Numbered from the stretch's first letter, positions 10,295 through 16,743 are shown. The stretch is DNA of 32,000 nucleotides from Trichlorobacter lovleyi SZ (GCF_000020385.1 NC_010814.1:3090001-3122000), one strand, 5' to 3'. Notes: generated from the letters alone by a model not told the origin. Made by a program: numbers and translations.

Positions 10295-10475
10295 TGGCTA
10301 CCCTCCATTGTCTTAACAATAGTTGTTGAGTTAATAGATGTCAAGACACCTATATTTTCTGTGTCAAAAAAATGTGGAAGACATATATATGCCTTCCCCA
10401 TAGTGCGTTATAACTGCTTTAAGACAAGCAATCAGTGATCAATGACGTGTCCTGTCAACAGTAGACACTCCCAAC

Positions 10476-11336
10476 TCAAGCGACTTGCTGCTGATTGTTG
10501 TAATTCTGTGCAAATATTGCCGGTGCAACATATCCAAGACGGGAATGGCGTCTTTGGCGGTTATAAAAGATCTCAATGTATTCCTGGATAGAAGCTTTTG
10601 CTTCATCTCTGGTTTCATAGCGGCAATGATGTACAAGTTCGTTTTTGAGGCTGCCCCAGAAGCTTTCCATCGGCGCATTATCATAGCAATTTCCTTTGCG
10701 TGACATGGATGTCTTCATTTTGAACTGCTTCAGAAGCTTTCTATAATCGTGAGCGCAGTATTGACTGCCGCGATCAGAATGATGAATCAACCCGGCAGCA
10801 GGTCGTTTTTGTTGTACCGCTCGAAAGAGAGCCCGGCCTGTCAACTCCTGCGTCATTCGTTTTGACATGGCGTAACCGACTATTTCGCGTGTAAAAACAT
10901 CCTTAACTCCAGCAAGGTAAAGCCAGCCTTCTCCTGTTGGGATGTAGGTGATATCGGTAACCCATACTTCGTTTGGTGCGCTTGGTGTAAAAGTTTGATC
11001 AAGAAGGTTCTCTGCCACAGGAAGATTGTGGTTTGAGTTCGTAGTTGCTTTAAACTTGCGCTTCTGCCGGCAGCGTAATCCCAATTCTCGTCGTAAGCGA
11101 GCGATGCGATCACGACCGACAATAAAGCCATCTGCTGCCAGTTCAGGTTGTAACCGTTTCGCGCTGTAACTCTCACGAGTACGTGTATGCGCTACCTTGA
11201 TTGCAACCTTGAGGCGCTCATCCTCCTGAGTCCGCCGTGACGGGTTTCTTTTTAACCACGCATAAAAGCCGCTACGGGACACATTAAACATACGGCTCAT
11301 AGTTACAGTAGGATAGTGGAGTCGCCATTTTTTCAT
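10476..11336 (-). CDS. IS3-family transposase OrfB (DDE integrase core)
   Basis: 286 aa. DDE-region motifs are WVTDITYI, HHSDRGSQY and ESFWGSLKNE, followed by YNRQRRHSRLGY. Confidence 0.9.
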   Translation of the reverse strand: MKKWRLHYPTVTMSRMFNVSRSGFYAWLKRNPSRRTQEDERLKVAIKVAHTRTRESYSAKRLQPELAADGFIVGRDRIARLRRELGLRCRQKRKFKATTNSNHNLPVAENLLDQTFTPSAPNEVWVTDITYIPTGEGWLYLAGVKDVFTREIVGYAMSKRMTQELTGRALFRAVQQKRPAAGLIHHSDRGSQYCAHDYRKLLKQFKMKTSMSRKGNCYDNAPMESFWGSLKNELVHHCRYETRDEAKASIQEYIEIFYNRQRRHSRLGYVAPAIFAQNYNNQQQVA

Positions 11337-11641
11337 GAACGCGTACCGGGTAGCGACTCCCTGGCAAAGTACGCCGTTGCCTTTTTTAAGATATCACGCT
11401 CCATGCGGGTTTCTGCCAGCTCCTTCCTCAACCTGGCATTCTCTGCCAAGAGATCAGGTGTTGAACGTGACCCTGGAGCAGATGGTTTTGAAGAAGATCT
11501 AACAGCTGCCATCCAGCTGGCCAACGTTCCTTCTGGGATACCCAGTCGCTTGGATGCTACTGAAAGCGACAGATTTTGCTCTAATACGAGTTTAACTGCT
11601 TCAGACCGAAATTCCGGGGTGTAACGTTGCTGCTTGCCCAT
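11333..11641 (-). CDS. IS3-family transposase OrfA (HTH DNA-binding)
   Basis: 102 aa: MGKQQRYTPEFRSEAVKLVLEQNLSLSVASKRLGIPEGTLASWM... plus a leucine-zipper-like C-terminus. The stop overlaps the orfB ATG (ATGA). Confidence 0.9.
   Translation of the reverse strand: MGKQQRYTPEFRSEAVKLVLEQNLSLSVASKRLGIPEGTLASWMAAVRSSSKPSAPGSRSTPDLLAENARLRKELAETRMERDILKKATAYFARESLPGTRS
11381..11387 (-). promoter_or_regulatory. Programmed -1 ribosomal frameshift heptamer A_AAA_AAG for the OrfAB fusion transposase
   Basis: orfA codons read TTA AAA AAG (ILKKAT). After a -1 slip the frame reads KKGNGVLCQGVATRYAF-MKKW..., which is open into orfB. Confidence 0.7.
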
Positions 11642-11931
11642 GACTTCCTCCCACTCGGTAATTTATCAAGTGGTAGTGTCTGTTGTCATCAGGATACGTC
11701 AATCGGTGATACCCGGATGTCTGGCTACATCTACCAGCTCTACCGCAGCCAGCAACGGGTGGACAGGAGTATCAGGTCGATTCTATCCTCGCCGCAGCAT
11801 GACGGCTACTACCGTGAAATGCTCGGTGTAAATGATTGATGAGGAAGCGAGTATGACGAGATCAGCTCAAAATATTGTGGTAAACCAATTGAAACAGCGG
11901 TCTTTAAATTTACGAGTATTGTGTTAATCCA

Positions 11932-11967
11932 ATGAACTACCCCGCAGCAAGCTACGGGGTAGTTCAT
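11932..11967. repeat. Perfect 13-bp-stem palindrome (ATGAACTACCCCG / CGGGGTAGTTCAT, 10-nt loop)
   Basis: Read directly from the sequence. It lies in non-coding DNA between the IS3 right end and the kinase relic. Confidence 0.85.
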
Positions 11968-12040
11968 CCCGTTCGTTTTCGAGGGTCTGGAAACTGGTCC
12001 ATTGAAAGACCTCGCCAAAAGGCACGGACAAGGATGAATC

Positions 12041-12084
12041 AAAAAAACCTCAAGCACCCTATTTATAGGAGCTTGCGGTTTTTT
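12041..12084. terminator. Bidirectional intrinsic-terminator-like hairpin flanked by A7 and T6
   Basis: The sequence is AAAAAAA-CCTCAAGC-A-CCTA-TTTA-TAGG-A-GCTTGCGG-TTTTTT. It sits ~110 nt downstream of the kinase relic, which ends at 12198. Confidence 0.5.
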
Positions 12085-12197
12085 AAAATCTTTGTGAACC
12101 AGCCAGGCTGTCCGGTTGGCATTTATAGTTCATCACACAAATCAGTGCAAACCTTTCTGCTGGTTAAGAAAGTCAGGAACCCAGCATATCCCGTTGC

Positions 12198-12650
12198 TCA
12201 TACCTTCTTCATTGGAAGAGCAAACCAGACCTGAAAGCCTTTCGGTACATTCCTGGCTCCAATCTCTCCATGATGCAGAGTGATGATTTTCCTGGTGATG
12301 GCCAGGCCAAGTCCAGTGCCTTCGCCAGTATTCTCCTTCAACCGGTAAAATGGATTGAAAATCAGTTCCAGCTCTCTAGGCTCTATTGGCGGGTGAGAGT
12401 TTGTTATTTCAAAAAACAGTGCCGTGTCCTCCCGGCGCATAGCAACGTGTACGTTACCGCCCTCCTCAGTATGCCGCACGGCGTTCTCCAACAGGTTCTT
12501 AAACGCCGTTCGAAGCCATTCTTCATCTCCTGTGACGTGTTCCTCCTGAAGAAGGTCAATCTCAAAGTTGATGTTCTTCGTTTTAGCCAGCGGCCCGAGC
12601 GTCTTTATGAGCCCCGCAATCAGCTTTGCCGGAGCGACCTCTTCAGACAC
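12198..12650 (-). pseudogene. 5'-truncated sensor histidine kinase relic (HATPase_c domain only; no HisKA/H-box, no sensor)
   Basis: 150 codons with the N-box LLENAVRHT and the G-boxes EITNSHPPIEP and GEGTGLGLAITRKII. The frame is closed by TAA seven codons upstream of the GTG at 12650. A + strand ORF of different character begins there. Confidence 0.7.
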
Positions 12651-12707
12651 CGGAAGCGGCTCACAAACTTACGGCTCTGGGACTACCAGCCCGATCAGCC
12701 TCCCAAC

Positions 12708-12941
12708 ATGGACACCTTGGCGCTGTTGTGCGAACGTTGCCGCGACCTGGCAAATGGCAGGAAAGCAGATGCAAACGAACTGCGCTCGATCCGCAATGCC
12801 CTCTGGAGCAATGTGCCGGCAGTGGCTGAAGGTTCTGCCCGGGTGCTGGCCCAGTGCAAGGAGGCTTGGGCGCGCGAGGCGATCGAGGAGAGCTTTATTG
12901 ATGACGCGGTCAAGGCGACCCTCCTTAAACAGTTCACCTAA
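12708..12941 (+). CDS. Hypothetical 77-aa ORF (possibly a fragment)
   Basis: It is the distal part of track ORF 12270-12941, which no longer overlaps the kinase relic (MDTLALLCERCRDLANGRKADANELRSIRNALW...). No SD is visible upstream. Confidence 0.25.
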   Translation: MDTLALLCERCRDLANGRKADANELRSIRNALWSNVPAVAEGSARVLAQCKEAWAREAIEESFIDDAVKATLLKQFT

Positions 12942-12960
12942 TCAGTCAGGAGTATTGTAG

Positions 12961-13137
12961 ATGTTTGAAACGCAGTACAACGAAGAAATGGAAGCTGAGG
13001 TCAGAAGGCTCGATGCCAAGCAGCGCGCAATCAGCGCCGGCCATCCCGAATGGGACAATGCCTGCAAGATATGTTCTTGCCGCTTGGAAGGAACCAGAGA
13101 TGCAATCTGCGTAACGTGTGTTCTAAGCCCGAAGTAA
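12961..13137 (+). CDS. Hypothetical 58-aa protein with two CxxC motifs (zinc-ribbon-like)
   Basis: Absent from the track (<60 aa). AGGAG lies 8 nt upstream of the ATG. The product is MFETQYNEEMEAEVRRLDAKQRAISAGHPEWDNACKICSCRLEGTRDAICVTCVLSPK. Confidence 0.4.
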   Translation: MFETQYNEEMEAEVRRLDAKQRAISAGHPEWDNACKICSCRLEGTRDAICVTCVLSPK

Positions 13138-13522
13138 GGTCGTTCTGCTGAAACTAAGGATGATCAATGGTCTCCACACCGAAGGACAGCTGCTCACTGA
13201 AACCATGGCAACCGATATGCTGCTGGTGACTGATCTACTTCGCCGCAGCGGTGAATTTTGCAAGGCGAAGAGGCGGCCACGCTGGGCCTTTGTCTGGAAA
13301 CTGATGAGAATACAAACAAGGCATTTGACTACGAGCTGTTTCTGATACATGAGCGCAACCGCAGTACCCGTAGGTTTCAAGAAGCACCGGGCGTAGAGAA
13401 TGAGGAACCCGCTCTGGAAGATTTTTGAAGCTTCTGGCCGTACAATGAGACCAGTCCGAATGCTGCAGCAAGAAAGCCTGACGTGTTATATGGCTACAGA
13501 TTTGCCATCCCCTAGTATTTAG

Positions 13523-14842
13523 CTAGAGGCTTGTATTAAAGCGGCTTCGTACGCTTTTCATTCCATTGAATACGGAGTTGGCAACTTCTTCCGGAAAACC
13601 CTGTGGCAAAATGCTTTGCACATGCTCAATAACATCATCCATCTGGCCAAACAAATTCTTAACAATTGACTCCATCTCATCCGCAGGAAAACCGCAGGCT
13701 TTTGCAGTAGACAGCCAATGCCGGAGTTGTATTTTTTGCCACTGGTAATGGGTACTTTTCCCTCTGACAGCCATTGCCATTTTCATTTTTTGTGGTTCCA
13801 CCAACCTTTTCTCCACGAGCGGATAGGCAGACATGACATCATAGAATGGGGCAAGTTGAAAACTACCCTCCGGCAGCAGGAAGATGCTGAAGTTCTTTGC
13901 ATGACCATCGATGGCGCCAAGTAGCCAGAACAGCACCTGGGTCTTGAGAAACAGGCTGCGATCCGCCAGCGCGTTCACCGACCCCAGAAGCAGGGCCATG
14001 ATGCGCTGAATGCCCGGTCCGCCATCGCTTTCGTATTTCAAGGCCGGTGATATGTTCAGCGCCTGACACATATCTTCTTGCGGCAAACGGATCAACCAGG
14101 AACGGTCGTCGGCCCACCTGCGATCAAATCGTTCCACTACCAGAACCTTTACATCCTCGAACGTTGCTATATCAGCATTGGCGACTGGGATACCGTATGC
14201 CTTGAGAATAAGATGACAAAGCCATTCGTTCTCCACGCTGTCGGTCAGATCCATGCCACTATGAGCAATCTTGCCGATTGGAAGTTTGAATATGTGGCTG
14301 GTCGGTGTGACACCCAGGGGGCGATGCCACTTGTCATTCAAGCGCAGCAGCGCAGTCTTCTCCTGTGCTCCGGCTATCGAGATGCGAAAATCATTATCTC
14401 CCTGCATGCCGAGTGGCAGGGTTGCGTAGTTGCGCAACAACCCCGCGATCTGTGAATCTGTAAGCACCTCGGATTCAATCCGGCGCACATCAACTTCAGC
14501 AGCATCTTCTGGAAGAAGCTGGAGCGCTCCGACGCAATCCCGTCCAACGTGCCAGAGAAGATCAAAACAGCGATTACTCTTTGCTCCGAATCGAGCCTGA
14601 ATTCTGCTGCGTATTGATTGGCTGTCCGGCAGCAGGTTGTCAAAAAAGTTTTCTACCACATCACCGCTGAAAATCTTTTGACTGAGCGGCATCGAGAGTG
14701 ATAACGGTCGCCTGAATGCAGAATGCAGCCATTCGTCACCGTACTCAAAACGAAGCTGTCCAACTGCGGTCCGAGTCAGACATCCTACTTTTTTGCCGTT
14801 CATAAAGAGGTGCAGGTCAGCTGTTATTTTTGGTCGGGCCAT
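13523..14842 (-). CDS. hipA: Type II toxin HipA-family serine/threonine kinase
   Basis: 439 aa. The N-terminus parallels E. coli HipA (RPLSLSMPL...FFDNLLPDS...FDLLWHVGRDCVGALQLLPED). The C-terminal kinase core has IAGAQEK and DGHAKNFS. Confidence 0.92.
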   Translation of the reverse strand: MARPKITADLHLFMNGKKVGCLTRTAVGQLRFEYGDEWLHSAFRRPLSLSMPLSQKIFSGDVVENFFDNLLPDSQSIRSRIQARFGAKSNRCFDLLWHVGRDCVGALQLLPEDAAEVDVRRIESEVLTDSQIAGLLRNYATLPLGMQGDNDFRISIAGAQEKTALLRLNDKWHRPLGVTPTSHIFKLPIGKIAHSGMDLTDSVENEWLCHLILKAYGIPVANADIATFEDVKVLVVERFDRRWADDRSWLIRLPQEDMCQALNISPALKYESDGGPGIQRIMALLLGSVNALADRSLFLKTQVLFWLLGAIDGHAKNFSIFLLPEGSFQLAPFYDVMSAYPLVEKRLVEPQKMKMAMAVRGKSTHYQWQKIQLRHWLSTAKACGFPADEMESIVKNLFGQMDDVIEHVQSILPQGFPEEVANSVFNGMKSVRSRFNTSL

Positions 14843-15094
14843 TTACCACTGGTCTCCCGTATTTTCAAAGGTAGGCTTCTGACGAGGTTGAATAGTTAAT
14901 TCAAGGTCTAAAGCGGCGAGCAGTCGAAAAAGTGTGTTTAGTTCAGTGCCAGGGTTTCCTTTTTCGATTTTAGAAATCGTGTGTTGCTCCATGCCTACAG
15001 AATGGCCGACGACTTTCTGCGACATTCCCTTGTTTTTGCGTTCAGCTCGCAACGCTTGGCCAAGGGTTTCTGGTGAGCTGATTTTATGAACCAT
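14843..15094 (-). CDS. hipB: HipB-like XRE-family HTH antitoxin
   Basis: 83 aa (LGQALRAERKNKGMSQKVVGHSVGMEQHTISKIEKGN). Its TAA directly abuts the hipA ATG (TAAATG). Confidence 0.9.
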   Translation of the reverse strand: MVHKISSPETLGQALRAERKNKGMSQKVVGHSVGMEQHTISKIEKGNPGTELNTLFRLLAALDLELTIQPRQKPTFENTGDQW

Positions 15095-15136
15095 TACGAG
15101 CTCCTGCTACACTTGGGAATAGCAATCTGCAGAAAC

Positions 15137-15165
15137 AAAATATACCCTTAAGGATATAATGTCAA
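15137..15165 (-). promoter_or_regulatory. Candidate sigma-70 promoter of hipBA with an embedded operator palindrome
   Basis: On the minus strand, TTGACA (15165-15160) is followed by TATATT after 15 nt or TATTTT after 17 nt. The spacer holds an 18-bp near-perfect palindrome, TATACCCTTAAGGATATA (15141-15158), with one mismatched pair. It carries a TATCC/GGATA-type half-site like the E. coli HipB operators. Confidence 0.4.
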
Positions 15166-15281
15166 AATATATTCGATAGAGTGTATTTGCGGTTTATGTT
15201 GTATGGAGTATGGGGTCTGCATGGAGTCGGACGGTTAGTAACGATGAGCATAATATGCCAGTAGATAGGCTAAGCATCGAT

Positions 15282-15600
15282 GCAGTTGGAGCAGTTGAGG
15301 CAGTTGAGGCAGTTGAGGCAGTTGGAGCAGTTGAGGCAGTTGAGGCAGTTGAGGCAGTTGAGGCAGTTGAGGCAGTTGAGGCAGTTGAGGCAGTTGAGGC
15401 AGTTGAGGCAGTTGAGGCAGTTGAGGCAGTTGAGGCAGTTGAGGCAGTCGAGGCAGTCGAGGCAGTCGAGGCAGTTGAGGCAGTTGAGGCAGTTGAGGCA
15501 GTTGAGGCAGTTGAGGCAGTTGAGGCAGTTGAGGCAGTTGAGGCAGTTGAGGCAGTCGAGGCAGTCGAGGCAGTCGAGGCAGTCGAGGCAGTCGAGGCAG
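15282..15600. repeat. Minisatellite: 35 head-to-tail copies of a 9-bp unit GCAGTYGAG plus a partial unit
   Basis: Counted directly. Units 1 and 5 are GCAGTTGGA. Units 2-4, 6-18 and 22-30 are GCAGTTGAG. Units 19-21 and 31-35 are GCAGTCGAG. A final GCAG follows, and there are no spacers. Confidence 0.97.
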
Positions 15601-15707
15601 AAAAACGATTTTGATGAATTTTTACGATTCGGGTTGCATTCAAAAATTGAATTTTAGTTTTTTAAATTCGTGCCATCAATTTTTGAGATAAACAGTTTTT
15701 AAATGAT

Positions 15708-16553
15708 TTAAAGATTTGAACAATGAAGAAATGCTTTCTCTAAAATGCAGTGTTTATGGGGTTTAATGGTATTTTTTGAATTTTCTTGTAATATATTTTT
15801 CAATTTTGCCAAGGTTGAAGTCGCGAGTTCGAATCTCGTTATGTCGCAGGTCTGATCGAGGTTTTCAATGATCCGGTCAAAGCTGCCTTTACCGCTTACG
15901 AACGGACGTTGCAGATTATGAACATCCGGTGGCCCGTCAATGGTAAAGCGGACCGAGACAAAGCCCAGCTCCTTGAGTTCCTGCGCCACCTCACGGGTCA
16001 ACAGCGTGGCGTTACTGACCAGATTGAAAGAGGCTTGCGTGCCTGCCTCAGAAGCCTTATGCCGCACACGAGCGGCAATATCCTTCATCATTGTCAGGGA
16101 AAGCAGCGCCTCGCCTCCGTAGAAGTCCAGCGTGACATCCAGCCCCCGTTCAATCTGTGCAGAGACGTACTGCACCAGCAGGTCGGCGGTCTCTGGCGTC
16201 ATATAGCGCTTGCCCCTGAAATGATCCTCATAGCAGTAACCGCAGGCCAGATTGCAGTCCAGGTTCATGGTAACCAGGGCGGTAAACTGCCTGCTGCGGC
16301 GATTGCCCTCCTCAAACAGGGTCCGCATCTGCTCCTGTTCAGCCAGCCGGTCAGGGACCAGAACACCTATTTTTGCCAACAGGGCCTGTTCCTGATCAGA
16401 AAGTTTCTGGTCCCGGGCATCGGCCAGAACCGAGCTGTCAAGTTTTACAATGGCGCCACGGGCCGTTGAATAGACCAGCAGCTTGCCGGGCTCATGGGCG
16501 TAGGAATAGGTTTTAAGGTAGATTGAAAGTTCCAAGATGTACTCCGAGACCAT
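15708..16553 (-). pseudogene. Radical SAM peptide-maturase-like gene, 3'-truncated (SPASM/C-terminal domain missing)
   Basis: It has the CX3CX2C cluster CNLACGYC and the GGEALL motif. My preferred start is the ATG at 16553 (MVSEYILELSIYLKTYSYAHEPGKLLVYSTARG). Native-looking sequence stops at about 15850 (...FDRIIENLDQ), after ~234 codons. The last ~47 codons are read from the tRNA fragment and ~25% GC DNA. Confidence 0.7.
15801..15840 (+). pseudogene. Internal fragment of a tRNA-Gly(GCC) gene (anticodon stem-loop, variable loop and T-arm; no D-arm and no acceptor stem)
   Basis: The sequence is CAATT-TTGCCAA-GGTTG-AAGTC-GCGAG-TTCGAAT-CTCGT. From the anticodon loop on, it matches 31 of 35 nt of E. 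coli tRNA-Gly(GCC) as I remember it (TTGCCAAGGTCGGGGTCGCGAGTTCGAGTCTCGTT). Upstream is AT-rich non-tRNA sequence. Downstream runs straight into rSAM coding sequence. Confidence 0.6.
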
Positions 16554-16576
16554 CAGGGGGATACACCCCCCTGATG
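16551..16576 (-). promoter_or_regulatory. Perfect GC-rich hairpin (10-bp stem, 6-nt loop) between the small ORF and the rSAM gene
   Basis: CATCAGGGGG-ATACAC-CCCCCTGATG on the + strand. On the mRNA, the 3' arm ends in the AUG proposed as the rSAM start. Confidence 0.55.
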
Positions 16577-16591
16577 GCAGCCAGACTGGTC

Positions 16592-16687
16592 TTACCGGAC
16601 AAGAGACATAGCGGTGAAGCAGCAGCTGTAGGTCGGGATGTCGATGAATGAACATGATCCCTGCTCAAGAACGTCGATTCGCTCCAT
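16592..16687 (-). CDS. 31-aa Cys-containing peptide, a candidate RiPP precursor (geopeptide-like)
   Basis: Absent from the track (<60 aa). AAGGAGGT (16702-16695) lies 7 nt upstream of the ATG. The product is MERIDVLEQGSCSFIDIPTYSCCFTAMSLVR, ending in TAA. It sits immediately upstream of the rSAM gene and is co-oriented with it. Confidence 0.6.
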   Translation of the reverse strand: MERIDVLEQGSCSFIDIPTYSCCFTAMSLVR

Positions 16688-16743
16688 GGTCGTTACCTCC
16701 TTTCTTTGTGTTGGTGCAAAACACCCTCTGGCATTGGACAGAC

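Larger units (their letters stand above)
10443..11701 (-). mobile_element. IS3-family insertion sequence, about 1.26 kb, apparently intact
   Basis: It has an orfA/orfB pair in the 0/-1 frame arrangement. The imperfect terminal inverted repeats start TG...CA. The left end is TGACGTGTCCTGTCAACAGTAGACACT. The reverse complement of the right end is TGACGTATCCTGATGACAACAGACACT. Confidence 0.85.

Noticed and set aside
10438-11704. Target-site duplication flanking the IS3 element
   Set aside because: ATC occurs on both sides (10438-10440 and 11702-11704), but the left copy is offset by 2 nt from the TG terminus. I cannot claim a clean 3-4 bp duplication.
11809-12234. ORFs 11809-12057 (-) and 11932-12234 (+)
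   Set aside because: They overlap each other and run through the 13-bp-stem palindrome and the terminator-like hairpin. They have no SD and odd composition, so they are treated as non-coding.
12270-12707. Proximal two-thirds of the 223-aa + strand ORF 12270-12941
   Set aside because: It is antisense to the histidine-kinase ATPase-domain relic, whose N/G-box motifs are clear. Only the distal part beyond the relic was kept, as a low-confidence ORF.
15282-15600. Possible CRISPR array
   Set aside because: The units are only 9 bp and directly abut, with no spacers. No cas genes or leader are present.
15194-15657. Three long ORFs (149, 134 and 125 aa) spanning the 9-bp repeat array, encoding (STA)n, (AVE)n and (QLR)n
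   Set aside because: The 9-nt unit lacks stop codons in every frame, so open frames are automatic. There is no SD, no signal peptide or recognisable terminus, and the flanks are non-coding-like. A degenerate repeat-protein gene cannot be fully excluded.
15801-15848. Functional tRNA-Gly gene
   Set aside because: There is no D-arm and no 5' acceptor strand upstream, only AT-rich sequence. The 3' acceptor strand and CCA-proximal end are replaced by rSAM coding sequence. Only an internal fragment remains.
16554-16655. N-terminal extension of the radical SAM ORF to the ATG at 16655 (MFIHRHPDLQLLLHRYVSCPVRPVWLPSGGCIPL)
   Set aside because: It overlaps the 31-codon ORF, which has a full AAGGAGGT SD, and runs through the perfect hairpin. 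It also does not resemble the N-termini of rSAM maturases, which normally begin a few residues before the ...YL..F/Y... segment found at 16553.
16688-16743. Sigma-54 promoter on the minus strand for the peptide ORF (GCCAGAGGGTGTTTTGCA)
   Set aside because: The GG-to-GC spacing is wrong (9 instead of 12 positions), so it does not fit the -24/-12 geometry.
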